DNA of 64,000 nt from an uncultured Clostridia bacterium (GTDB taxonomy: Bacteria; Bacillota; Clostridia; Christensenellales; Borkfalkiaceae). A model generated the notes under the pieces. The model had not been told where the DNA came from, did not search any database, and saw only the letters and a program-made list of their open reading frames with translations. A program made the translations under genes and the position numbers. Shown piece after piece: positions 55,770 to 64,000 of the stretch. Positions within the stretch are counted from its first letter, which is position 1. Each line of letters begins with the position of its first letter. The stretch is taken from contig CANQBW010000001.1 of the NCBI GenBank assembly GCA_947589565.1, positions 48,687 to 112,686 on the forward strand, written 5' to 3'.

Positions 55770-57257
55770 TTACGTTAAACTGATTTTTACCGTGATTTGA
55801 TTGCTCTCGGTAAGGATCTCCTTCCACTCCTCCGCGGAAAGGCCCTGTATGTGTCCGAGTTTGGTATAGCTCCAGGAGTTACTGCCGTAGAAGAGGACGA
55901 TCTGATTTCCCGAGTAGAGAATGACGTCCCCCGCCTCGGTCGTCATTTGCGTGTCGCTCCGCGGAAGGGTATGCCCCAAATTTCCGACTTTCTCAAAACC
56001 GCCGTAGTCGCTCGCGGTATAGGTAATGTCCCCCTCTTTCAGAAGTTCGATCAGGGCCTCTACTGCGGCGTTTTGTTCGAGCTTCACCGAAATTTTATGG
56101 TCGTTGATGAAAAGGAAAATTTCGTCCTTCATCTCTTCCTCCTCTTGCGCACCCCCTTCGTCGAACAATTTTAGTCTGAGCGCGGGAACAACGCCGAGCG
56201 AAGTGAAATACACATATTGATTGTACTCGGAATATCCGCCGCCGTCCACATAACGGGCGTAAAAATCATATCGGTCGTTGGAAGATCGCAGCCACCAGCG
56301 TGCGCCTCCGTCCATGTTCAATCCCTGCGCCTTTGCGTAGTCGGTCGCATCGAGCGCTCTCTCTTCGTCGGAGGAAAAATACGCCGCGTTCGTCGCTTCA
56401 TCATAACTCAAGAGGTAGAGTTTGTCGCCGTCTCCGAAGAGATTTTTCTGTTCCCCTTCCGAGAACGCCGTCCGATAGAAGTCACCGTTCAAAAATTCCC
56501 GAACAGAGCTTGCCTCATAGTCGTTTGCCTTGTGTCCGTTCTCCCCCTTTGCCGCGGGAAAAAACTCATGACTGTCAAGGACTTTCTCGCTTAAGAGGAG
56601 AGCATACCCGTCCGCCTTTTCCAAGACGCGCCAGGAGAGCGTTTCATACAAAAACCAATATGTTTCGTTTATGGAATAGCCGTTTTCGTCCTGATAGCTG
56701 CGGTTTTCCGTGCCCTCGCTCCTCGTATCGTTGGGACGATAGCTCGAAAAGCGCACCCCTCGGTACCTGTTTGATCGATATTCAACATCGACATACTCCA
56801 TAAACTCGGAAACTTCCCCGCCGATGTAATATTGGTAAGAGGTCCGCTCTTCCGTTTCGCCGAGAGCATTGAGATCGGTTATAAGACCGCTATCCGTCAC
56901 CCGCGACTGCGGGTAGCTTCCGAAATAGACCGTCTTTCCGTCCTCACTCACCTTGTACGCCTGATCCGATTCGGAAGATTCCGTCTCTGGATCGTCGGGA
57001 TTAGCCGGCGTTGACGGCTCTTCGATCGGCTCACTCGGTGTTTGCTGCTGATTCCCGTTTTGACTGCCCTCCTCTTTTTCGCCGCCGCCTGCGTCGGACT
57101 CGTTTTCACGATCGGATCCTTCGGGGGCAGGCGTCTCGCCGCCACTGATTTCGGAACCATTTCCTTGAACGGAACTTTCGCGGTTTTCTCCGCACGCCGC
57201 AAAGGCAAGACAAAATACGAAGATGATCGCCGTCAAAACCGTCAAAAATTTCCGCAT
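55770..57257 (-). CDS. lipoprotein with a C-terminal cyclophilin-like domain
   Basis: Signal peptide with lipobox LAFAAC, then an acidic S/E/G/P-rich linker. The central domain has a VYFGSYPQ motif. The C-terminal ~120 aa (IFLFINDHKISVKLEQN...VILYSGNQIVLFYGSNSWSYTKLG) resembles cyclophilin-like fold proteins; that assignment is from memory. Confidence 0.7.
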   Translation of the reverse strand: MRKFLTVLTAIIFVFCLAFAACGENRESSVQGNGSEISGGETPAPEGSDRENESDAGGGEKEEGSQNGNQQQTPSEPIEEPSTPANPDDPETESSESDQAYKVSEDGKTVYFGSYPQSRVTDSGLITDLNALGETEERTSYQYYIGGEVSEFMEYVDVEYRSNRYRGVRFSSYRPNDTRSEGTENRSYQDENGYSINETYWFLYETLSWRVLEKADGYALLLSEKVLDSHEFFPAAKGENGHKANDYEASSVREFLNGDFYRTAFSEGEQKNLFGDGDKLYLLSYDEATNAAYFSSDEERALDATDYAKAQGLNMDGGARWWLRSSNDRYDFYARYVDGGGYSEYNQYVYFTSLGVVPALRLKLFDEGGAQEEEEMKDEIFLFINDHKISVKLEQNAAVEALIELLKEGDITYTASDYGGFEKVGNLGHTLPRSDTQMTTEAGDVILYSGNQIVLFYGSNSWSYTKLGHIQGLSAEEWKEILTESNQITVKISLT

Positions 57258-57268
57258 GGGTCTCTCCT

Positions 57269-58255
57269 TTATAAATTCTTTTGGAAGAACGCCTCGATCT
57301 TGTCGAAGGGAATGATATCCTTTCTGTCGTAGAGGTCGGTATGCACGGCGTTCGGAATGATGAGAAGTTCCTTATTCCCAGCGTATTTGCTGTCCTTGAT
57401 CATCGCGGCGTAGGCGTCCTTCGAGAAGTAACAGGAGTGTGCCTTTTCGCCGTGAATGAGAAGGACTGCGCTCCGAATCTCGTTGCTATATGTCAAAATG
57501 GGCATATTCATAAAGGAGAGCGAGGAGGTCTTGTTCCAGCCGCCGTTGCTGTTGAGACTGCGGACATGGTATCCCCGTTTTGTCTTGTAGTAGTCATAAT
57601 AATCTTTTACGAAGAAAGGAGCGTCCGCGGGAAGCGGATCGACAACTCCCCCGCCGAGCTCGTAATTTCCGTTCTTGTAATCCTTGATACGCTGTTCGTT
57701 GAGGGCTTTTTTCGTCTCGAAGCGCGCCTCTTCGCTGTCTGCCTCGTCGAAATAGCCTTTGGCATTGACGCGGGTCATGTCGTACATGGTAGAAGAAACG
57801 GTCGCCTTGATCCGCGTATCCATCGCGGCGGCATTCAAAGCCATTCCGCCCCAACCGCAGATTCCCAAAATGCCGATTTTTTCGGGATCGACGTCCTCAC
57901 GGCAGGAGAGGTAGTCGACGGCGGCGCAAAAGTCCTCGGTGTTGATGTCGGGAGAGGCGACATAGCGGGGAAGTCCTCCGCTTTCGCCCGTAAAGGAAGG
58001 GTCGAAGGCGATCGCAAGGAAGCCGCGCTCGGCAAGTTCCTGCGCATACAGTCCCGAAGATTGCTCCTTGACCGCACCGAAGGGCCCGCAGACCGCGATC
58101 GCGGGAAGTTTCCCCTTTCTGCCTTTCGGCTGATACACGTCGCAAGCGAGGGTGATCCCATAGCGGTTGTGGAATGTCGCCTTGGAGTGCTCCACCCTAT
58201 CGCTCTTTTTAAATACTTTATCCCATTTTTCCGTCAACTGCAATTTCTCTTCCAT
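57269..58255 (-). CDS. alpha/beta hydrolase (dienelactone-hydrolase-like, Cys at the nucleophile elbow)
   Basis: 328 aa. The G-I-C-G-W-G-G elbow sits where the GxSxG motif normally lies. LIHGEKAH and HTDLYD supply candidate acid/His residues. Confidence 0.75.
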   Translation of the reverse strand: MEEKLQLTEKWDKVFKKSDRVEHSKATFHNRYGITLACDVYQPKGRKGKLPAIAVCGPFGAVKEQSSGLYAQELAERGFLAIAFDPSFTGESGGLPRYVASPDINTEDFCAAVDYLSCREDVDPEKIGILGICGWGGMALNAAAMDTRIKATVSSTMYDMTRVNAKGYFDEADSEEARFETKKALNEQRIKDYKNGNYELGGGVVDPLPADAPFFVKDYYDYYKTKRGYHVRSLNSNGGWNKTSSLSFMNMPILTYSNEIRSAVLLIHGEKAHSCYFSKDAYAAMIKDSKYAGNKELLIIPNAVHTDLYDRKDIIPFDKIEAFFQKNL

Positions 58256-58381
58256 TTTTTATCTCCTCCTTGCCATATCATAACTCTTTTGCTTTCATAT
58301 GTCAAATACTTATATTTTATAGATAAATATGCTTTACAGTTATACTTTTTCGTGCTATGATTTTTTGAGAAGGAGAAAAAC

Positions 58382-59278
58382 ATGGAACTGAGGGAACTCA
58401 AATATTTTTTGGCGGTCGCGCGGGAAGAGAGCATTCTGAAGGCTTCGGAAAAGCTCTATGTCTCCCAGCCCAATCTCTCGCGGCAGATGAAGGGATTGGA
58501 AGAGGAACTCGGGCAGCAGCTCTTTCTTCGCGGGAGCAGAAAGATCACACTCACCGAGGCGGGGGAACTTCTCAAAAAACGCGCAGAGGAGCTTTTGGAA
58601 CTGTATGAAAAGACGAGAGCGGAACTCTCCTCCCCCATCACGGAAGTTGCGGGCGACGTCTGGATCGGCGGGGGCGAAAGCCATGCCATGAGGCTCATTG
58701 CAAGGACTGCGCAGACGGTGCACCGGAAATTTCCGGACGTGCATGTCCGTCTCTTCAGCGGAGACGTTGCGGGAACGACGGAAAAATTGGACAAGGGTTT
58801 GCTCGACTTCGGCGTCCTCATCGAGCCCGCCGATCTATCGAAATATGACTCTCTGCGACTCCCCCTCACGGACACTTGGGGAGTTCTCATGAGGAGGGAC
58901 AGCCTCCTCGCGGAGAGAGACTTCGTTACGCCGAAGGACCTGTGGGACAAGCCGCTCATATGCTCCGAACATTCCCTTGAAAAGAGCATGATCTCCGACT
59001 GGTTTCAAAAAAAGGTGGGCGAGCTCAACGTCATCGGCACATACAACCTGCTCTACAACGCCTCCTTGCTCGTGCGGGAAGGATTCGGCTACGCCGTCTG
59101 TCTTGACAAGATCATTCCGAGCGATGAAGAAATTACCTTCCGTCCCCTGTTCCCGCAAGTCGTCTCTCATCTCGATCTCGTCCGGAAGAAGAACCAAATC
59201 TTCCCCAAATGCTGCGAAGTCTTTTTGAAGGAACTGAAAAGCATCCTCGATTTACCCTCAATGAAACAGTGCAATTAA
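58382..59278 (+). CDS. LysR family transcriptional regulator
   Basis: MELRELKYFLAVAREESILKASEKLYVSQPNLSRQMKGLEEELG is a canonical LysR wHTH. Divergent from the hydrolase gene. Confidence 0.92.
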   Translation: MELRELKYFLAVAREESILKASEKLYVSQPNLSRQMKGLEEELGQQLFLRGSRKITLTEAGELLKKRAEELLELYEKTRAELSSPITEVAGDVWIGGGESHAMRLIARTAQTVHRKFPDVHVRLFSGDVAGTTEKLDKGLLDFGVLIEPADLSKYDSLRLPLTDTWGVLMRRDSLLAERDFVTPKDLWDKPLICSEHSLEKSMISDWFQKKVGELNVIGTYNLLYNASLLVREGFGYAVCLDKIIPSDEEITFRPLFPQVVSHLDLVRKKNQIFPKCCEVFLKELKSILDLPSMKQCN

Positions 59279-59284
59279 GTAGTA

Positions 59285-59738
59285 TCGCCGCGCTACTTTC
59301 GTAGCGCGGCGCACTGGACTTTGTTCTGAATTGCTCTTTAATAAGGACGAGATTCTTACTCGCCCCTTTCCTTTAAGGACGAGATTCTTCAACTGCGCAA
59401 CGCGTTGCGTTGCTCCGTTCAGAATGACAGGAAAGGTGCTCGTGCGCCGCGCTTCGATAAGCAATAGAACGGCGCGTCGTCGACTCCACTTCGTTCCGCT
59501 CAACATGACAGGAAAGGGGCTCGTGCGCCGCGCTACTTTCGTAGCGCGGCGCATCGCTCTTTGTTCTGAAATTACTGCGCGGAGCAGAATCGCCATTCTG
59601 CGGCAGCGCACCCTATACGCGCCCCACCGGACGCACATTGTTAAACAAGGCGACCGTGAGAGTGAGCAAGTGAAGGTACGGCGGTTCATTTCCTCGACAA
59701 AAATATTGCGCAGCAAGATTTTTGCCGAAACAAAATTT
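59285..59738. repeat. modular repeat block R8
   Basis: GC hairpin CGCCGCGCTACTTTCGTAGCGCGGCG at about 59289-59314, repeated at about 59527-59552. AAGGACGAGATTCTT occurs twice. A partial inverted module A lies at 59436-59510, an inverted arm at 59570-59688, and an F variant at 59689-59730, 8 nt from the lipoprotein stop. Confidence 0.85.
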
Positions 59739-61547
59739 TTACATTTCCACTTTATGATCCCCGCACAGGATACAAATTTCGCGCGTGGAGCCGTCCTCCT
59801 CCTTCTCAACGTCCTTTGCGCCGAGAAGAGAACTTGTATACATGCTGAAGACGTAAGTCGTTTCATGAACGACTGTTCCGTTCGCGTCCTTTTGTGTGAA
59901 CGTGACGATGAAATAGTCCTCGTCCGCAAAATAATTTGCATCATAGTTCGCCCTTCCGGTGTAGACGTCCGAGGCGTAGGTCATAAGCAGCTCTAAGACG
60001 TCTTCGTAATCGTCCTCAAAGTCATCGTAGAACTCCTCGACGAGGCTCGCGCCCTCCGTCTTCTTTCCGCCCTTTTCGGTGACGCTCTTCGTTCCGTCTG
60101 TTGTGACGGTCTCCCCGTCCTTGACCCTCTTGATGCGGATCCCCTCCGTATTGTAGAGGTCGAGGACCATCTCGCATTCCTCTTTGCCGTCGACCGAGGT
60201 CTTGATATGATAGTTGTTGTTTGCAAAGACCGCTTCCAAGCCTCCGCTCGCCCTTGTGCGCGTGATAGAGATCAGAGAGCCGAACATGTTCTGAGCCGTA
60301 GTTGACTCGATGGGACCGACTTCCTTGTCGAAGATCGATTCGTCGGGGTAGACTTCAAAATCCAACCATGTGGGCTGTCCTTCCATCTCGGTCACGTCCA
60401 CGGGATCGGGAATTTCGATGGGATAGTTCCCGACGAGCACTCTCACGGTAGCGTCCTCTCCCGCAGCGGGGGGCTGGGAAATGTCGTACATCAGCTGGCT
60501 CTGAGAATTATAATTCAATCCCGCGATCTTGTTGCCGAGAAGGGCATATTCCACAGTGATATTTTCGGTGAGCACACCGCCGTAGCCCATTCCGTAATCA
60601 ACGTTGTTGACGAGTGTGACCTCGAGCTTGAGCACAGTATATTCTCCCTCCGTGCGGTAGGAGACCCTGATATCATGTCCGAACAGGCTCGGCGCGATGG
60701 AGAAGGTTCCCCAGAGGTTGTAGACGGCATTTTCGGCGAGCGACAGGCCGCTGTCCTTGAAGTTGTAGCCGTAGATGACGCTCTCATACTCCTCATACGC
60801 TGCGTCCCCCTCCGCAATGTAATTGATGGGATCCGTCTCTCCCGTGTTGGGCTCCCGCAGGTTGATCTGACATTTCAGATCCTTGCTCGACTTGAGATCT
60901 TCCTCCAAGCCCGAGAGCTTATAGCTCCACAGAACGGAACCCCCCTGAATGACGCGGAATGAGATGTCGCCCTCCGCAAAGCCGCAGCCGATACCGAGTT
61001 TTCGGGTCGCAGCGTCCACAAAATCCTCCACACGGTCGATATCATTCTCCGAAGTGACAGCGGTGAAATTCCCCTCGAAGATATCGTCGGTCAAGTTGTC
61101 CTTGTCGGGATCATCTGCTGAAGGTTTGTCCGTTCCGGGATCCTCTGTTCCCGGATCGTCTGTGCCGGGATCCTCTGTTCCCGGATCGTCTGTGCCGGGA
61201 TCGCCTGTGTCGGGTTTATCCTTGCCGGGATCGCCCGTATCCGGTTTCTCTTTATCCGTATCACCTGTGTCGGGTTTATCCTTGCCGGGATCGCCCGTAT
61301 CGGGTTTAGAATAATCGGGGTCGGGATAGCCGCAGACGACGCATTTTCCCTCCTCAAAGAGATGGGGCTGTTTCCCCGAGATCTCGTCCGTGTGTTCGCA
61401 GGTCGCCTTGTGCCAGTGATCGGTCGAGTTCTTGCTCCACTCCTCCGAAAATGTATGCGTATGCGCAGTCTCTCCGCAGGCAGACATCGCAAAGACAGCC
61501 GCCGACAGTAGCGCACAGACGGAGAAGAGCGTTTTTTTATGCTTCAT
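59739..61547 (-). CDS. lipoprotein with a His/Cys-rich module and a PDTGDPGKDK tandem repeat
   Basis: Start moved to ATG 61547 (MKHKKTLFSVCALLSAAVFAMSAC lipobox). Contains HTHTFSEEWSKNSTDHWHKATCEHTD...CVVCGY, then D/P/G/T/K repeats, then a domain of about 430 aa with no family recognised. Confidence 0.7.
   Translation of the reverse strand: MKHKKTLFSVCALLSAAVFAMSACGETAHTHTFSEEWSKNSTDHWHKATCEHTDEISGKQPHLFEEGKCVVCGYPDPDYSKPDTGDPGKDKPDTGDTDKEKPDTGDPGKDKPDTGDPGTDDPGTEDPGTDDPGTEDPGTDKPSADDPDKDNLTDDIFEGNFTAVTSENDIDRVEDFVDAATRKLGIGCGFAEGDISFRVIQGGSVLWSYKLSGLEEDLKSSKDLKCQINLREPNTGETDPINYIAEGDAAYEEYESVIYGYNFKDSGLSLAENAVYNLWGTFSIAPSLFGHDIRVSYRTEGEYTVLKLEVTLVNNVDYGMGYGGVLTENITVEYALLGNKIAGLNYNSQSQLMYDISQPPAAGEDATVRVLVGNYPIEIPDPVDVTEMEGQPTWLDFEVYPDESIFDKEVGPIESTTAQNMFGSLISITRTRASGGLEAVFANNNYHIKTSVDGKEECEMVLDLYNTEGIRIKRVKDGETVTTDGTKSVTEKGGKKTEGASLVEEFYDDFEDDYEDVLELLMTYASDVYTGRANYDANYFADEDYFIVTFTQKDANGTVVHETTYVFSMYTSSLLGAKDVEKEEDGSTREICILCGDHKVEM
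61135..61307 (-). repeat. in-frame tandem repeat (15/30/60-nt periodicity) inside the lipoprotein gene
   Basis: CCGGGATCCTCTGTTCCCGGATCGTCTGTG is perfectly duplicated at 61135-61164 and 61165-61194. GTCGGGTTTATCCTTGCCGGGATCGCCCGTATC recurs at 61210 and 61270. Confidence 0.9.
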
Positions 61548-61620
61548 GAATGTTTTCCCCCTCATACTTGTACTGTCCCTATTTTATCACCTATGGCGTG
61601 ATTTGTCAATACCTATATTT

Positions 61621-61985
61621 TAGTTTCGAACGAAATCTTCCCTTCGGGAATATTTACGTTCGAGGAAATGAGCTTGTTTGCCTTGATTAAGTTGTCCTCT
61701 CGTTCGCTTTCACAACAATGTGCGTCCCATGGGGCGACTTCGCTACGCTCCGCTCAACATGACAGTGGTAAAAAACATGTCATTCTGAGCGAAGTGGCTT
61801 AAGCCACGGAGTCGAAAGTGAGCGCAGCGAACGTGAATCCCCTAAGCAAGCGACGGGACGTTCCTAAAATCGTAATACCACATTCTAACGACCGGGGGGA
61901 TTCATACTCACCTAAAGGCTCGTGCGCCGCATATGGATTCTCAATAGAACGGCGCGTCGTCGACTGCGCTCAGAATGACAACGTT
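61621..61985. repeat. modular repeat block R9
   Basis: F hairpin at 61624-61668, module C at 61692-61727, TGACAGTGGTAAAAA (as at 811-825), the GTGGCTTAAGCCAC hairpin, AAGCGACGGGACGTT (as at 920-934), and inverted module A at 61895-61980. Confidence 0.85.
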
Positions 61986-61992
61986 TTTTAAA

Positions 61993-63228
61993 TCACCGCA
62001 AAAATCGTCGGGTATATAAAAGGTCGACGTCCTCGAAGAGGTGGTTCGGGGTCCAGGGAATGAGGATATCGGGCAAAACGCCCCTGCCGCGCATTCCCTT
62101 CCCCTCGTCGATCGCCCTGCTGCGCGAGGTGGGATAATGCAAAACGTAATCTCCGAAATCGCAATACGCTAAATTCGAATAGTCCAAAAATCCCATCGTC
62201 GGACGGCCGACCACAGTAACTTTGTCGAGTTTTTTGAAAATTTGGACAAAGCTCTCCCCCGAAGAGCCGCAGCCGTCATCCGTCAGAACGACGACCTTTT
62301 CCGGAAGGCAGGTGCCCTGCTCCGCAAAGAAAAGGTTGTCCTCTTTCATGGACACGAAGCCTTTGCCCCTGTTTTCGATCTGCTCCTCGATGCGCTCGGT
62401 TAAATATCGGCGCACCTCTTCGGACGCAGAACTTTCGAGGTAACTTTGATATAATTTGATGCGGTTTTGGGCGTTGCGCTCGGTGCAGAGGATCTCCTCT
62501 TCCGAAGAGAAGATCGGCTTTCCGCAGAGGGGGTCGTCCTCTTTGAGGCAATATTTCAGAAGGGGCAAAAACACCGTGTCGCTGCCGCCGCAGTTTTCCC
62601 GCACGTCGAAGATGAGAAAGCGGGAATGCTCGATCTCCACTCTGTTTCTTTCGAGAAAAGATTGCATTTCCATCTCGTCGAAAAAGTTGAAAAATCGCAA
62701 AAGGAGCGTATTTTCGTCGATTTTTTGCGCCTCAAAAGAGGGTCTCTTTGTCCTTTCGATCCCCGTCTTGACGGGATACGAAGTGCATTTCCCGCCCCTT
62801 CGGACGGTCAGTTCTTTGGAAAAGGAGATGATCTTCTCCCAAGCCTCTCCCTGCCTATCCTCTGCTTCAAAAAAGAAGTCGGGAAACTTCTCTGCGGTTT
62901 CGGGAATGCTCGCGCCGTCGATTTTTAGAATCTCGTCTCCCTTGAGGAGAGTATCTTTTTCGGAATTTGTGACAAAGAGACTGTCTTGAAAGCGCCTTAA
63001 GCGAAAGCCGATCGACCGATCGTCGCCTTTCCGATAAAAATACAGGTGCCCGCGGACGCCGAAAGAGGCAAGATATTGTTCGACGGCAAAGAGAAAGTCC
63101 CTCTCTCCCATTTGACCGGAAATGCCGCGGAGAAACTTTTCCGCATCTCCGCCCGAAAGGTCTCTGCAAAACGAGGCGTCCGTCTTGCAGATTTCAACAA
63201 TTTCCCGTGCAATTTCCGTCTTTTTCAT
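61993..63228 (-). CDS. S41 family peptidase (tail-specific/Tricorn-core-like), cytoplasmic type
   Basis: Start moved to ATG 63228 (MKKTEIAREI) behind GAGGAG. FDVRENCGGSD and DDGCGSSGESF (Ser nucleophile region) fit peptidase S41. Confidence 0.72.
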   Translation of the reverse strand: MKKTEIAREIVEICKTDASFCRDLSGGDAEKFLRGISGQMGERDFLFAVEQYLASFGVRGHLYFYRKGDDRSIGFRLRRFQDSLFVTNSEKDTLLKGDEILKIDGASIPETAEKFPDFFFEAEDRQGEAWEKIISFSKELTVRRGGKCTSYPVKTGIERTKRPSFEAQKIDENTLLLRFFNFFDEMEMQSFLERNRVEIEHSRFLIFDVRENCGGSDTVFLPLLKYCLKEDDPLCGKPIFSSEEEILCTERNAQNRIKLYQSYLESSASEEVRRYLTERIEEQIENRGKGFVSMKEDNLFFAEQGTCLPEKVVVLTDDGCGSSGESFVQIFKKLDKVTVVGRPTMGFLDYSNLAYCDFGDYVLHYPTSRSRAIDEGKGMRGRGVLPDILIPWTPNHLFEDVDLLYTRRFLR

Positions 63229-63311
63229 TGGCTCCTCTTTTGAAAAACAATAAGCCGCAAAATTGCGGCAAATTGTAATAGAATTTATTTCGACAACTCG
63301 CAATATCGCTT

Positions 63312-63575
63312 GTTTGACGACCGGGGGGATCCTTCAACTTCGCTGACGCTTCGTTCAGGATGACGTCGTTTTCTACCACTGTCATGTTGAGCGAAACGAA
63401 GTGGAGTCGAAACATCTCTACCTTATTGTCAGAACAAAGGACGAGATTCTTACTCGCCTAAAGGCTCGTGAGGCGCGTATGGATTCTCTATAGAACGACG
63501 CGCCTTCGACTGCGCTCAGAATGACAATTTTTTTTCCTCGAACGAAAGATTCCGCAGGAAGATTTCGTTCGAAAC
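63312..63575. repeat. modular repeat block R10
   Basis: GACCGGGGGGAT (as at 61890), a CAGGATGAC..GTCATGTTGAGCG hairpin, AAGGACGAGATTCTTACTCGCC (as at 59343), inverted module A at about 63445-63525, and the F hairpin at 63533-63574, 1 nt from the next stop codon. Confidence 0.85.
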
Positions 63576-64000
63576 TTATATCGGCATATCCGTTCTATGT
63601 TCGCTGACGGAGATCTGTCCCTCGGAGCCGGGGGTGATGAGTTCGACGATGTCGAAGAAGCCGCACAGCCGCTCGACGCCCTCGAGAGAGAGGTACTTGT
63701 CGACGGCGGCGTCCGCCTTCTCCTGCGTCAGGTTGCAGGGTTCGTAGATATCGATGCGCACCCCGCCCCGCGTCATGATCTGCATATAGCTTGCGCCCGC
63801 GAGCGCGCTGCCGGGCTCCGCCAGAACGACGGAGCGCACGTCCGAACGCGCCGAGCCGAAAGTCTCCGAAAACGCCTTAACATAGGCGTTTGCCGCGAGA
63901 AAGTTTATATCATTGACCTGTTCCCCCGCACGCAGGGAGAGCGAAAAGCCCTCGAGCAAAATATTTTCGCCCGAGGAACGGTTGACGTTCTCCTCCTTGT
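63576..64000 (-). CDS. hypothetical protein, 5' end outside the window
   Basis: The reading frame stays open to the window edge (…KEENVNRSSGENILLEGFSLSLRAGEQ…SVSEHRTDMPI*). Co-oriented with its neighbours. No family recognised. Confidence 0.45.
   Translation of the reverse strand, partial: KEENVNRSSGENILLEGFSLSLRAGEQVNDINFLAANAYVKAFSETFGSARSDVRSVVLAEPGSALAGASYMQIMTRGGVRIDIYEPCNLTQEKADAAVDKYLSLEGVERLCGFFDIVELITPGSEGQISVSEHRTDMPI

Overview
This looks like a 64-kb chromosomal segment from a moderately GC-rich Firmicutes/Clostridia-like genome. I call about 55 protein genes, and about 51 of them are on the minus strand. Almost all are core housekeeping genes. Their order follows the Bacillus subtilis 'ylo' and mutSL neighbourhoods. 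Reading the minus strand right to left: ftsA-ftsZ, rpsU, pcrA-ligA, yicC-gmk-rpoZ, priA-def-fmt-rsmB-rlmN, rpe-thiN, rpmB (+ strand), asp23-yloV-recG, carA-carB-nifS-thiI, a class A PBP (+ strand), Sir2, miaB-mutS-mutL-miaA-ynbB, an SPFH protein, two ABC exporters, a Y-family polymerase cassette and cutC. The right-hand 8 kb is more accessory: two lipoproteins, a hydrolase with a divergent LysR regulator, and an S41 peptidase. I recognised no rRNA, tRNA, CRISPR array, transposase, integrase, reverse transcriptase or known defence genes, and I cannot point to a clear new multi-gene protein system. The unusual signals are mostly non-coding or architectural. (1) A modular, hairpin-rich intergenic repeat family fills nearly every inter-operon spacer: ten blocks, about 3.4 kb. 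It includes foldback elements with roughly 45-nt inverted termini, and a terminal hairpin module that abuts the stop codon of eight ORFs. (2) A 30-bp element with a perfect 13-bp palindrome (TATGTCWGACATA) occurs five times, twice inside conserved genes. (3) One uninterrupted 1347-codon ORF fuses carB to a complete dapF. (4) A small XRE regulator and a divergent strong promoter with a 17-codon sORF lie between long inverted repeat arms. (5) FtsZ carries a P/Q/Y-rich repetitive linker of about 225 aa. All calls rest on reading the sequence and on remembered family motifs. No database search was run, and repeat-module coordinates were set by eye (about +/-5 nt).
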